Assembly: GCF_001194135.2 (NCBI RefSeq)
Contig: NC_068993.1
Span: 43,602,954 to 43,666,953, forward strand
Origin: Octopus bimaculoides
Lineage: Eukaryota
DNA: 64,000 nucleotides
Direction of reading: 5' to 3'
The notes beneath the pieces are model-generated. The model saw nothing but the letters and a program-made list of their open reading frames with translations. It was not told where the DNA came from and ran no database searches. Position numbers and translations under genes: made by a program. Positions 1-11,200 of this stretch are shown here, piece after piece. The first letter of the stretch is position 1; every line of letters starts with the position of its first letter.

Positions 1-173
1 CACTCTGCCTTTATTTCAATGAATTTAGTAAAAATAACTTTGTCATTGTTAAGCTAGCATTTGGAACATAAATTAACATGAAGTTTTGATGGAAGGTTTT
101 AATTTAAAATAATTTAAATCACTTTGAAACAAGGAGTTGGTGTCAGAACCAGAAGCAGTCTCAAAAAGGTTAA

Positions 174-358
174 CCCTCTTCATTACCATATTTCTGTTGA
201 AATACACTGCCTTTATTTCAATGAATATTTAAAATAATGAAGAATTTAATAAAATAACTTTGTCATGAAGCTAGTATTTGGAACATAAATTAACATGAAA
301 TTTTAAAGGAAAGTTATGATTTAGATCACTTTAAAACAGGATGTTGGCATCAAAAGGG
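174..358. mobile_element. piggyBac-like MITE, second of two tandem copies sharing a TTAA
   Basis: TTAA|CCCT...AGGG|TTAA. Bases 1-169 are the end of a related copy. Confidence 0.7.
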
Positions 359-2539
359 TTAATTCTGTTCACATACCAGTGAATTAGCTTTTTGTTTTTT
401 TTACACTCACATATGTGCACATTTGGCTGTGTTGTTTAGCAATTTGCTTCCCAGCCACATGACTTCAGGTTCAGTCTTACATGGCAAGTGTTTTCTTCTA
501 TAGCTCCATACTGACCAAAGCCTAGTGAATGGATTTGGTAGACAGAAACTGAAAGAATCCCATCCAGTGGGTGTTTGTGTTTCCTTGCCTTGACTTCTCG
601 TCATAGTTCTAAACAAGCATTACCATCATACAATCAACATCATCATCATACTTCTGTTTTCTGTGCTGGCATGGGTTGGATGGTTTGACAGGAACTGACC
701 AGCTGAAGGGCTGTTCAAGCTCCATGTCTGTTTTGACATGGTTTCAATGGCTGGATATCCTTCCTAATGCCAACCACTTTTCAGAGTGTACTGGGTGTTT
801 TTACACAACACTGGCACAGCTGCTTTTTACATGACACCACCAGCACTTACATGCCCACAAGATTAGGAATGCTCAGCTGAAGAGGGTTGCAAGGGACGAG
901 CCTGTATACAAGGGCAACCACTCTTTTATTTAGCTTTTACAATATCATTCAATATTTGTAAGCAAGGTAATATTTCTCCATGGCCAGACATTTTTATGTG
1001 ATCTCTTCTGGGAAAACATATATGGCCATGTGGGAGTATTAGCCTTGCTTGGAAATAAGTGAGGGCTGGTAACTGGAAGAACACCCTGACTATAAAAAAA
1101 TCAGCCCCAACAAAATCTATCTGTCCCTTACAAGCATAGAAAAGTGGACATTTAATATGATGATGATTGGACGACAACAACAACTTCAATGATGACAGTG
1201 ATGAAGATGAAGATGATGATGAAAACAATGACGATGGTGAAGACAATGGCTATGATGATGATGACAACGATGGCAGCATACAATATGCAACTTGATATCT
1301 TAAGTCTGTTTATGACATTTAATCTCTTTTCCAGGTTCTGCTTTTGCTTATAGAGCAGCAGTGTCTGGGTGATTAAATTATGAGAAATTGGAGTGTCATG
1401 GCCCCAAGCTAGTTCAGAGTAGAATTGAAACAAACAGATGTTATATTCTTTGTTAGATTGTTGCAAAAGAAGTTTGTTGAAAAGTACATAAGAAAAATAT
1501 AAATAACCTTTACTTTTGTGTTTGTTGATAGCTTTTGACAAGGTGCCATAAAGTATTTTGTGTAAATTAAGGTTTAACAAAACTGTTGTTTGAGGTTGAT
1601 AAAAGCAGTATCATGTGGCTTTTTCATTTGTTTGTTTGTTTGTTTTTTTTGTTTTTTGTTTTTTGTCCTTGTCTTTGAAACCATCATATAGAATTTTAAT
1701 ATCAAATGTCTAGAGTTTCTATGTATGTCGTTGATTTCAACATCAACATCCTCATTGTTTTATTGTCCACTTTTCCATGCTTGCATAGGTCATGCAAAAT
1801 TTGTTGGAGCAGATTTTCCTATGGCTAGACGTGTTTTCACAAAAGATTGCAAACAAATGACATTACTTGTATGACAGTGATGTTTGTTCACTATGAATAT
1901 GTAATATGAAGACTAGGAGACATGAACATACTTTCATTGCATGAGTGGGACTACAGTATATACGTGTATGCTATAGTCCCACCCATTTGAAGAGATTCAT
2001 GATTTTGTAAGCCACACGGCAACCTCATTAATGTTGGTGCCACAAAAAAAAATCACCCAGTACACTCTGAAAAGTGGCTGGCCTTAGGAAGTGCATCCAG
2101 CTGTAGAAACAATGTGAAAGCAGACATCGGAGTATGATGCAGTCCTCTGACCTGTCAGAGTCTGTCAAACTGTCCAACTCATGCCAATATGGAAGATTGA
2201 TGATGTTAAAAGACGCTACTGCTTTTCTGCTGATCATACACACATACTAGTAGGAAAGAATGAATTCAGTGCACAGCAATTTTACTTTTCGAGTTTTGGC
2301 TCTTATTGTTTATCACATTAAACTTCCATGTATTAAACTTCCATGTGGTCACTCATGGTTCTATGCAGCAGTCTGATGAGGGCTACATGACATAGTATAA
2401 AGAGCACATCAATAATGAAAAAAAAGAACATGGGTTTGTACTTGGTAGATCTTTATTTCACCTGTTATATAAGTTTCAGTATTACTAAACACAGAAACTG
2501 ATTAAATAAAGGACTATCAAGTTCAGGCCTTTGTTCTTT

Positions 2540-2579
<40 letters not shown>

Positions 2580-2584
2580 GTATG

Positions 2585-2626
<42 letters not shown>

Positions 2627-2861
2627 NNNNNNNNNNNNNNNNNNNNNNNNNNNNNNNNNNNNNNNNNNNNNNNNNNNNNNNNNNNNNNNNNNNNNNNNNN
2701 NNNNNNNNNNNNNNNNNNNNNNNNNNNNNNNNNNNNNNNNNNNNNNNNNNNNNNNNNNNNNNNNNNNNNNNNNNNNNNNNNNNNNNNNNNNNNNNNNNNN
2801 NNNNNNNNNNNNNNNNNNNNNNNNNNNNNNNNNNNNNNNNNNNNNNNNNNNNNNNNNNNNN
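2627..2861. other. Assembly gap (others: 29319-29344, 41140-41149, 47439-47734, 53989-53998, 61583-62243)
   Basis: Runs of N, mostly beside microsatellites. Confidence 0.99.
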
Positions 2862-3457
2862 CACCTTAATATTTCCGAAACTACCATCTTCCAAAAGCAG
2901 GAAACGCCAATATTATATTACATAATATTTTGTAATTGGTACACAAGTAGCTTATAAGGATTCAGTATTTTTTTAGGTGTCATAGTTTTCATATTGCAAA
3001 CATTATGAACAGCAAATTGCTGAGAAAATTTCTGATAACCTTCCTTCCTTCCTTCCTCTCCTCTATTTCATTGGTCAGTAGCCACCTTGTTGCTTAAATC
3101 AGCCAGCATCTTCAGTATATACTTCACCTTCAAAAAATTCATTCTCGATGCACACTGATAAAACAATAATTACAAAACAAACAGAATTGTTTTTAGCCGA
3201 TTGCCTATTCATATTTTGATATACAGTAGTTTGCAAGATGATATGTCGTTTACAGACAATCTAATAGCTCATACAAAAAGAGAATCAATTCTTTTTTTCT
3301 TTTTGTTATTGTTTTTTTCTTCTACTAAAAGAATAATTTGAAAAGAAGTTTTGACAAATATTATCTAATGGTATATTACGTCTGGAAGGTCATTACTATG
3401 TCTTGTAACCCTTCTTTTTATATTGAAAGAAATATTGTAAGTATGATTATCATTATT

Positions 3458-3670
3458 AAGGCAGCGAGCTGGCAGAATCGTTAGCACACTGGACAAAATG
3501 CTTGGCGGTATTTTGCCCATTGCTACATTCTGAGTTCAAATTGTGCCAAGATCAGCTTTGCTTTTCATCCTTTCGGGGTCACTAAATTAAGTACCAACTG
3601 CATACTGAGATCAATTTAATCAACTGGCTCCCACCCCAAAATTTCAGGCCTTGTGCTTATAGTAGAAAGG

Positions 3671-3727
<57 letters not shown>

Positions 3728-4634
3728 AAGGTGGCAAGCTGGCAGAATCGTTAGCACACTGGACAAAATGCTGAGGTCAAAATTCTGCCGAGGTCAACTT
3801 TGTCTTTCATCCTTTCGGGGTTGATAAATTAAGTACCAGTTGCATACTGGAGTCAGTGTAATTGACTAGTCCCCTCCCCACAAATTTGAGGCCTTGTGCC
3901 TCCAGTAGAAAGGATTGTTATTATTATTGTGATGATGATGATCATTATTATCATCATTAAGGTGGCATGCTAGAAGAATCATTAGCACTCTGAACAACAT
4001 GCTAAGTAGCATTTCTTTTGGTTCTTTACATTCCGAGTTCAAATGCCACTGAGGTTAACTTTGCTTTTCATTATTTCGGGGTTGATAAAATAAGTGCCAA
4101 TTGAACACTGAGGTCAGTGTAATCGACTCATCCCCTCCCTGAAATTGCTGACCTTGTGTCAAAATCTGAAATTATTATTCATTGCAGAATCATTGGCACA
4201 CCAGGCAAAATGCTTAGCACCATTTTGTCCATCTTTATGAAATTCCACTGAGGTCAACTTTGCTTTCCATCCTTTTGGAGTTGATGAAATAAGTATCAGT
4301 TAAGCATTGGGAGCAGTGTAATCAACTCACCTCTTCCCCTAAAATTGCAGGCTTTGTGCCTATACTAGAAAGGATTATTATTATCATTATTATTAATATT
4401 ATTATTATTATTATTATACAAGGTGGTGAGCTGGCAGAATCGTTAGCACGCCAGGCGAAATGCTTTGCGGTGTTTCGTCTGCCTTCGTGTTCTGAGTTCA
4501 AATTCCACCGAGGTTGACTTTGCCTTTCATCCTTTCAGGGTCAACAAATTGAGTACCTGTGAAACACTGGGGTTGATATAATTGACTAGTCTCCTCCCCC
4601 AAAAATTCAGGCCTTGTGCCTTTAGTAGAAAAGA
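3458..4634 (+). mobile_element. Head-to-tail array of five tRNA-derived SINEs separated by (ATT)n
   Basis: Repeated unit aaggcggcgagctggcagaatcgttagc..gagttcaaatt(B box)..gtagaaagg(att)n starting at about 3458, 3728, 3959, 4183 and 4420. Confidence 0.88.
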
Positions 4635-4657
4635 TTGTTATTATTATTATTATTATT

Positions 4658-4939
4658 GTTCAGTAATTTTATTTTTATAACGTGCTTTCACTTCACTACC
4701 GAGCGCAGCTCTGTGCGCCTTGGGTATGTGCTGTGGTTTGCTGTGGTGCTCTTATGTTTACTGTATTGAAAGTGTTTTGCGTAGAATGTGTGCAGTACCC
4801 AGTAGTGCAATTTTCTGTATGTTATATATATTTGTAAGTCCTGGTGTTTTTGTTATGTATTTGTCTGAATATTTTTTTTATTATACCTAAGGCACCTACT
4901 ATGATAGGAATTGTTTCTGTTTTTAGATTCCACATTCGA
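4658..4939 (-). mobile_element. 5'-truncated R4/Dong-like non-LTR retrotransposon 3' end
   Basis: Near-identical to 10281-10561. Encodes [21 protein letters not shown]. Flanked by (ATT)n on both sides. Confidence 0.82.
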
Positions 4940-6321
4940 TATTATTATTATTATTATTGCCTTAGATGCAGGCATAGTTGTGAGGTTAACAAGTATCCTT
5001 CCAAGCCACATGATTTCGGGTTCAGTCCCACTATGTGTTACCTCATAAGTATTTTCTACCATAGCCCTGAGTTTACCAAAGCTTTGTGAGTGGATTTGCT
5101 AAATGGAAACTGAAAGAAGCCCATTGTATGTATGTGTGTGTGTGTGTTTGTTTGTATATGTGTGTGAGTGGATGTGTGTTTCTTTGTCTTGGCATTGTAC
5201 AATTATTAAATAGTCATTCATTTCCAGCATTCTACAAAAACAAAATAATGATGATTATTATTATTGTTATTGCTGTTATTATTTGTTTGTGTCAGACAAC
5301 ATCTGGCTGTCTAGCATTATTCCTCACTGGGTATTATAACATCTGCAATAATAGAGACCAATTTGAAGATAGATGTGTTTTTCAACAGCTTTTGTTGTGG
5401 CCATGACGAGCAATTATCTGTTGTTGACTTACAAAAGGCAACTAAGTGTTTACTTCTGTTTTTATTTTGTAAAATTATACAAACAACTATGACAGTTTCC
5501 CATAAAGTAAAATGACGTTCTGATTCTATAATAATTTGAAAGCGTGTCATTTACCGGATTAAAAATTTCATAAATTTTAAGAGAGAGTTGCAGTGCTTCT
5601 TTCACTGCAAATAAGAAAACGGAAAGTTTCGTTGATAACAAAAACTGCTAATTCTATATTTACTGATAAACTAATTTTCTTTGCACTAAAGCATTGCAAA
5701 GAAATAATTCCTTCAAATTTTAATACTAACATCGCTTCAAAGATAGCGCAGCATCTGGTGATGATATTAAATTGTGTGGAAGTCACTTTGTTACATGTAG
5801 AACCATTTCTGCGGATGTGGTCGAGTGCAAGATCAATATTACATTCTCAATACAATCGCGATGATTTCGTTCAATACAAATGTTTTGAGTTCTGGCAATT
5901 GTATGCCAACATCTGATATTAATATTGCTTCTTCTTCTCTTCTTTCTTTTTTTCTTTTTTTTTTTGTTTGTTTGTCACAAATTTAAGAATTTCAATCAGA
6001 ATGAGTAATTTCAATTTGTCAGAAGAAAATACCAACTCTCTCCTTTCTCCCCTCCCTCTCTTTCTTTCTCTCACTATTCCCCTCCTCTCTCTCAAGATAA
6101 ATGTGTTTCATGATTCTTGCATTTCCATTCTTTTGCATCTTCTTGAGTTAGTCTCCAGCTACAGTAAAAAGACACTTGCTCAAGATGCCACACAGTGGGA
6201 CTGAATTCAATACCACCTGGTTCACAATAGGAATAAAAACACCTCTATGCTAGAAATGGCAGCTAAATTTCCCTCCAATTACACTCTAGAAGAATAAACA
6301 CATTGAAAAGGTAGTTTAAGT

Positions 6322-6530
6322 CATCATCATCATCATCATCATCGTTTAACGTCCGCTTCCCATGCTAGCATGGGTTGGACGATTTGACTGAGGACTGGTG
6401 AAACCAGATGGCTACACCAGGCTCCAATCTAATTTGGCAGAGTTTCTACAGCTGGATGCCCTTCCTAACGCCAACCACTCAGAGAGTGTAGTGGGTGCTT
6501 TTACGTGTCACCTGCACGAAGGCCAGTCAG
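6322..6530 (-). mobile_element. RTE-type LINE 3' end (related copies at ~640-850, 13290-13450, 19008-19200, 62512-62700)
   Basis: (cat)n cgtttaacgtcc..ggatgcccttcctaacgccaacc motif recurring through the window. Confidence 0.65.
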
Positions 6531-7466
6531 TCTTAAATATTCTTGAAAACAATTGTGATGGTCAAGATTGGAACAAGACACTTCAGTTCACGTTGTTCCA
6601 GTCTACTTAGATGAAACATGAGTACCAGCTTAGTATTGGTGGAGTCATCTCCCCTTTGCAGTTGTCATATCATAGATGATGCACTGATGCACTTACTCAA
6701 GGATGGCATAAATGAGGAGGAGGTGGTGATGGTGGTGGTGGCAGCAGTGGCGGTGGTGCCAGCCACCATTGTTATCATCCGTGTCTTCTTGCAACTACAC
6801 AGGCACCTAAAACAATTATCATAACCATGTTTCAAGCTACCAGGTCATATTCACTTGTGAGTATTGGCTATACCTGCCCGCAATCAACAAAACACTGTAA
6901 TCTTATTTCCTGTTCAGACTGTCTAGAATTAACTTTTATATGAATGTTGAATTTTCAATGTGGAAGCAAATTTTAGTCTTATTAATAAAATATGTATGTA
7001 CAAGCCATTTTCACATTGGTGCAGGTATGGCTGTGTGGGTAAGATGTTCGCTTCCTATTCGCATGGTTTCAGGTTCAATCCCACTGAATGGCACCTTGGG
7101 CAAGTGTCTTCTACTGAGTTCAAATCCCACCATGGCCTACTTGGTTGGTAGACTTATTCCATCCATTACCTGATTTAACATCACCAACACCAGGTAGTTT
7201 AAGCAATTTTAGAGGAGTATTTTGGCATTACTGATTGAATGTTGACTTATTTGACATCTAATGTTTTAATGTTGCTCTCTTCCTCCCTCTCTTCCCCCGG
7301 TCTCCACCCCCACATCACCATATTTCTGCACATGCATGCATGTGTGTAGGTTTGTTTGCCTCCAGTACTAAAATGTATTGTCCCCAAAACAGGCTGAATG
7401 TCCAGTCAAACTGCCAGCTTCTGAACAACTGCACCCAATCAGCTCATTCCAACTTAAGAGAGAGGC

Positions 7467-7499
<33 letters not shown>

Positions 7500-7758
7500 G
7501 TTGCAAGCATTCAAACCTGGTTTCCAGTTTGAGAATAACTTCCTTCTTCCCTCCTTCCTGTCAGTCTTGGAGACCCTCTGAAGTGTTGTGGGCACTGCAT
7601 TCTTTCCTGATTAAAAAAGAAAAAAGTACTAGGTCCATTAAACATTCTGTCAAATGTAATATTTATTCACATTGTTTTGAACTAATCATATAGCTTTGAG
7701 ATTTTGACTACATGATTGTTTATTTTTAAAATGACATTGTAAGGAAGATGTGGGAGGC

Positions 7759-7869
7759 TGGATTTGGCCAGATTGAACATATAAACAGGTAGAATATTTT
7801 GACTGGATGTGGCCAGTTTGAATATATAAAACAGGTAGACTATTTTGACTGGATGTAGCCAGTTTAAAT
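7759..7869. repeat. About 2.5 x 45-46 bp degenerate tandem repeat
   Basis: Unit ggatgtggccagtttgaatatataaaacaggtagactattttgact. Confidence 0.8.
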
Positions 7870-8039
7870 GTTAAAGGTTTTAATATAATTTTTCTCATTG
7901 CATAGATTATGAAAATGTTGATGTCTGTTTTGGTGGGGTTACCAATTGAGTCATGTGACTTCAATTAAAACTATGTATTATTCGTTTTTGGTAAATTTGA
8001 ATTAACGATTACCATTTCTTTTATTCTTCTCTATTTTAG

Positions 8040-8230
8040 GAATCAATAGTAAATTGATCTACAAAATCACAGGTGGGAACCAGGATGCTCATTTTATTAT
8101 TGATCCCCAGACTGGTATAATTTCTGTAAACCATACTTTGGACCGTGAACAATATCCATCTTATTCTTTGACTATTACTGCCATGGATACAGTATTCCCT
8201 GTTTGGCAGCGCCACTCTGCCCTTGCCCAG
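8040..8230 (+). CDS. FAT4: Fat4 window exon 1 (cadherin repeat)
   Basis: ctattttag|GA, phase 1. Peptide [26 protein letters not shown]. Donor CAG|gttagt, phase 0. Confidence 0.9.
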
Positions 8231-11200
8231 GTTAGTGTGATTTTTATTCTTCATTTGTATGAAAAAAAATGTGATATGTAATATGAATATATTTGATTCA
8301 TTCTTTTAATTCTCTTTGGCTCGTTTTAGTCGTTGAACTTTGGCTTTACTGGGACACTGCCTTTAGGGGTTTAGTTGTGGTACTTATTTTATCAGTCCCC
8401 AATTTTTTTGCTGAACTGCTAATTTGTGGATACATAAACAAACCAATACTGTTTGTCAAGTGGTGAGATACCAACACGCACACTCTCCCATGCACACGCA
8501 CATCAACCATCAATCAGGTCCCCTCTCTGAATTCAAGGCTCAACTTGCCAAATTTTTTAAGTTCCTTATGTGTTGTACTGCATATATACAATAAGCCCTT
8601 GCTTCCAATCCATTCTCTGATGTCAGTTCACAAACATCTTTGCTGTCTCTACCCTCCACACTTCCTATCAAGATGGTCTTAGGCAATGATTCATGGTGTA
8701 TTAAAAGCCCAAAATATGATAGCTTTGTAGACTTGATTCTCTTTGGACATTCAGCTTCATATACATATATGGCAGTTACAAGGAATACGGAGATGAATAC
8801 ATCTGCATAATTTTTTTATTTAAATTTAATTTAGTTAAATATGCAGATATATTAATCTCCATATTCATTGTAACTGCCTTGGATGTACACTTGGTAAACT
8901 ATTTATGATCCAGTGAAGCAAACCCATCATTTATCTATCGGATGAAATCCATTGGGATTGCTTGCCTCAAATAATCCTAGGTGCTGCTTACCACTCAATG
9001 CAGTTAGCCATAACTTTGATTATAATTGAGTGCTTGAACGGTACCCGCCTGGATATATTATACCTATCTCTGTGTGTGTGTGTGTGCACCACAGGCTTCT
9101 TCATAGTTTTTGTTTATTGAATCCACTTACAAGTCATTGCAGTTGCCCTCAAGTCAAAATAGAATCTACTAGCATCATGCACCATTCAGTGAGATTGAAC
9201 TTGAAGCCATATGGTTGTGAAGCAAACTATTTAACTATACAGCCATGTCTACAACTCTGATCACACTGAGTAAATCCGAAAGTATTTGGTATTTAAAAGT
9301 TTTCATTGATTAGCTAGAAATTAAAACCTCTCTCTCTCTCTCTCTCTCTCTCTCATCTAATCTAAGAAAAGTATAAAGTATGAATTTATACCAATTCTTA
9401 AATCTTCTGCAAAATGGAACTTGTTGTTTACTTCCTTCATTTCATTCACCATGCCAGACTTGATGCTTTCTGAAAAATAACACGGGAATTTCTAAATCAA
9501 AAGAAAATAAGATTTAATGGTAGACTATTCCTAAGATTCTGTATTTTATCACCCAACCATTGCCCTGGTGACTTCAATACATTCCATATTACAAGAATAT
9601 TAATATGAAGATTACCATTATATTTTCTCCAATAATAAAATTGATAAACAAAACAACAGCTGGAAAGCAAAGATCTTATTTTTGATTGATTTTTTTCGAA
9701 CTAAGATGATTCCTACAAATCAACCATTCTTAAGAACATGACCAATATCCATCTTATTCCTTAACTATTACTGCAATAAATACACTAATCCCTGTTACTG
9801 CAATAGATACTCTAATCCTTATATTATTGCAATCGATCAGCTAATCCTTATTTGATGTTACCAAACTGACCTTATTTTTTTTTAACGGGTGTTGAAATTC
9901 TACAGTCTACAGAAAATTGGTTTTATTCAAGACATTGGTAAAGTAAATCATCAATAGATTGTTATTATCATCACTATTATTATTGTATGAAGGTGCATAG
10001 CCTAGTGGTTAGAATGTTGCAGTCATAATTGCAAACTTACAGTTTCAGTTCCTAGACCAGGTGGTGCATTGTGTTTCTCGAGCAAAATACTTCATCTGAT
10101 GGTACACCGTGCACTTGTTCAGGCAACATTGATTTGATGGAGAAAGAGAGCTAATGTACAGCACATGCATTTGATCACTGTAAACAAATCATTTGTACAG
10201 GTTGTTCAGCAAAAAAGCTGAACACTCACACACCATCTTTGACAGGAGAGTCCTTCACTATTATTATTATTGTTATTATTGTTCAGTAGTTTTATTTTTA
10301 TAACGTGCTTTCACTTCACTACCGAGCGCAGCTCTGTGCGCCTTGGGTATGTGCTGTGGTTTGCTGTGATGCTCTTATGGTTACTGTATTGAAAGTGTTT
10401 TGCGTAGGATGTGTGCAGTGCCCAGTAGTGCAATTTTCTGTATGCTATATATATTTGTAAGTCCTGGTGTTTTTGTTATGTATTTGTCTGAATATTTTTT
10501 TATTATACCTAAGGCACCTACTATGATAGGAATTGTTTCTGTTTTTAGATTCCACATTCGAGTTACCTCTATTTCCAGGTCTTTGTATTTTGAAAGTTTC
10601 TCCATTTTTTTTAGGGAAACGTTGCCATCTGCTGGTATTGATACATCAATTAGAAAGCATTTTTTTCCTTCATGTACAGTACATTTCACTTCTCAGAGCT
10701 CTCAATTTCACTTGCTCCAACTAATTTTGTAGGAACAGACAGCAATCTGTTGTTGTCAAGAGTATCACAGTGTCTTCTTCCATGATACTTAACATCCAAG
10801 TACCAATCTCAAAATCCTTGTTGTCCCCAATACAGCAGTTTTCTGAGCATCTTCTACCCTCATGCCAATCGCAATTTCTCCAACAAAATTCTCAAACCTG
10901 ATTGTTAATGCTCCCAGTACCCTTACAACTATTGAATGACAGTTATTTTCTTCATTGCCAGCATTCATGCAATCTCTTCTTCTTGTGGCTTGTACTTCTA
11001 TTATTATCATTATTATTATTATTTTGGTCTGGCTCAGGTTCGGTGTTATTCCAATAGGAATTATGTGGTTAGTGGGTTACTACTTGTAGCGTTAGGTATC
11101 CACAAGTTTTCAGCATTCTTCTTCTTATTATTATTATTATTATTGAGTGAGAGAGCAGTGCATGCCATCAAAGTAACACTGGGGTAAAATATACGAAGCC

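Noticed and set aside
959-1055. Short inverted repeat from two opposed fragments of one repeat family
   Set aside because: Only about 33 bp at roughly 70% identity, which is expected at this repeat density.
926-1580. Minus-strand ORFs (106 and 142 aa) and an Asp-rich plus-strand reading at 1170-1290
   Set aside because: They are translations of a decayed (GAT/GAC)n tract and repeat fragments, with no splice context or domain.
2523-2925. ORFs spanning N runs (also 29066-29418, 47321-47874, 61547-62386)
   Set aside because: Artefacts of gaps and microsatellites.
5763-5800. DIKLCGSHFV peptide resembling a THAP or insulin B-chain motif
   Set aside because: Bounded by stops with no supporting cysteines; likely chance.
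1-8039. Search for additional upstream Fat4 exons
   Set aside because: No DRE/DxNDN-containing segment with splice sites was found. NGILRLEG near 3370 hits a stop. One exon could still hide in the 2627-2861 gap.
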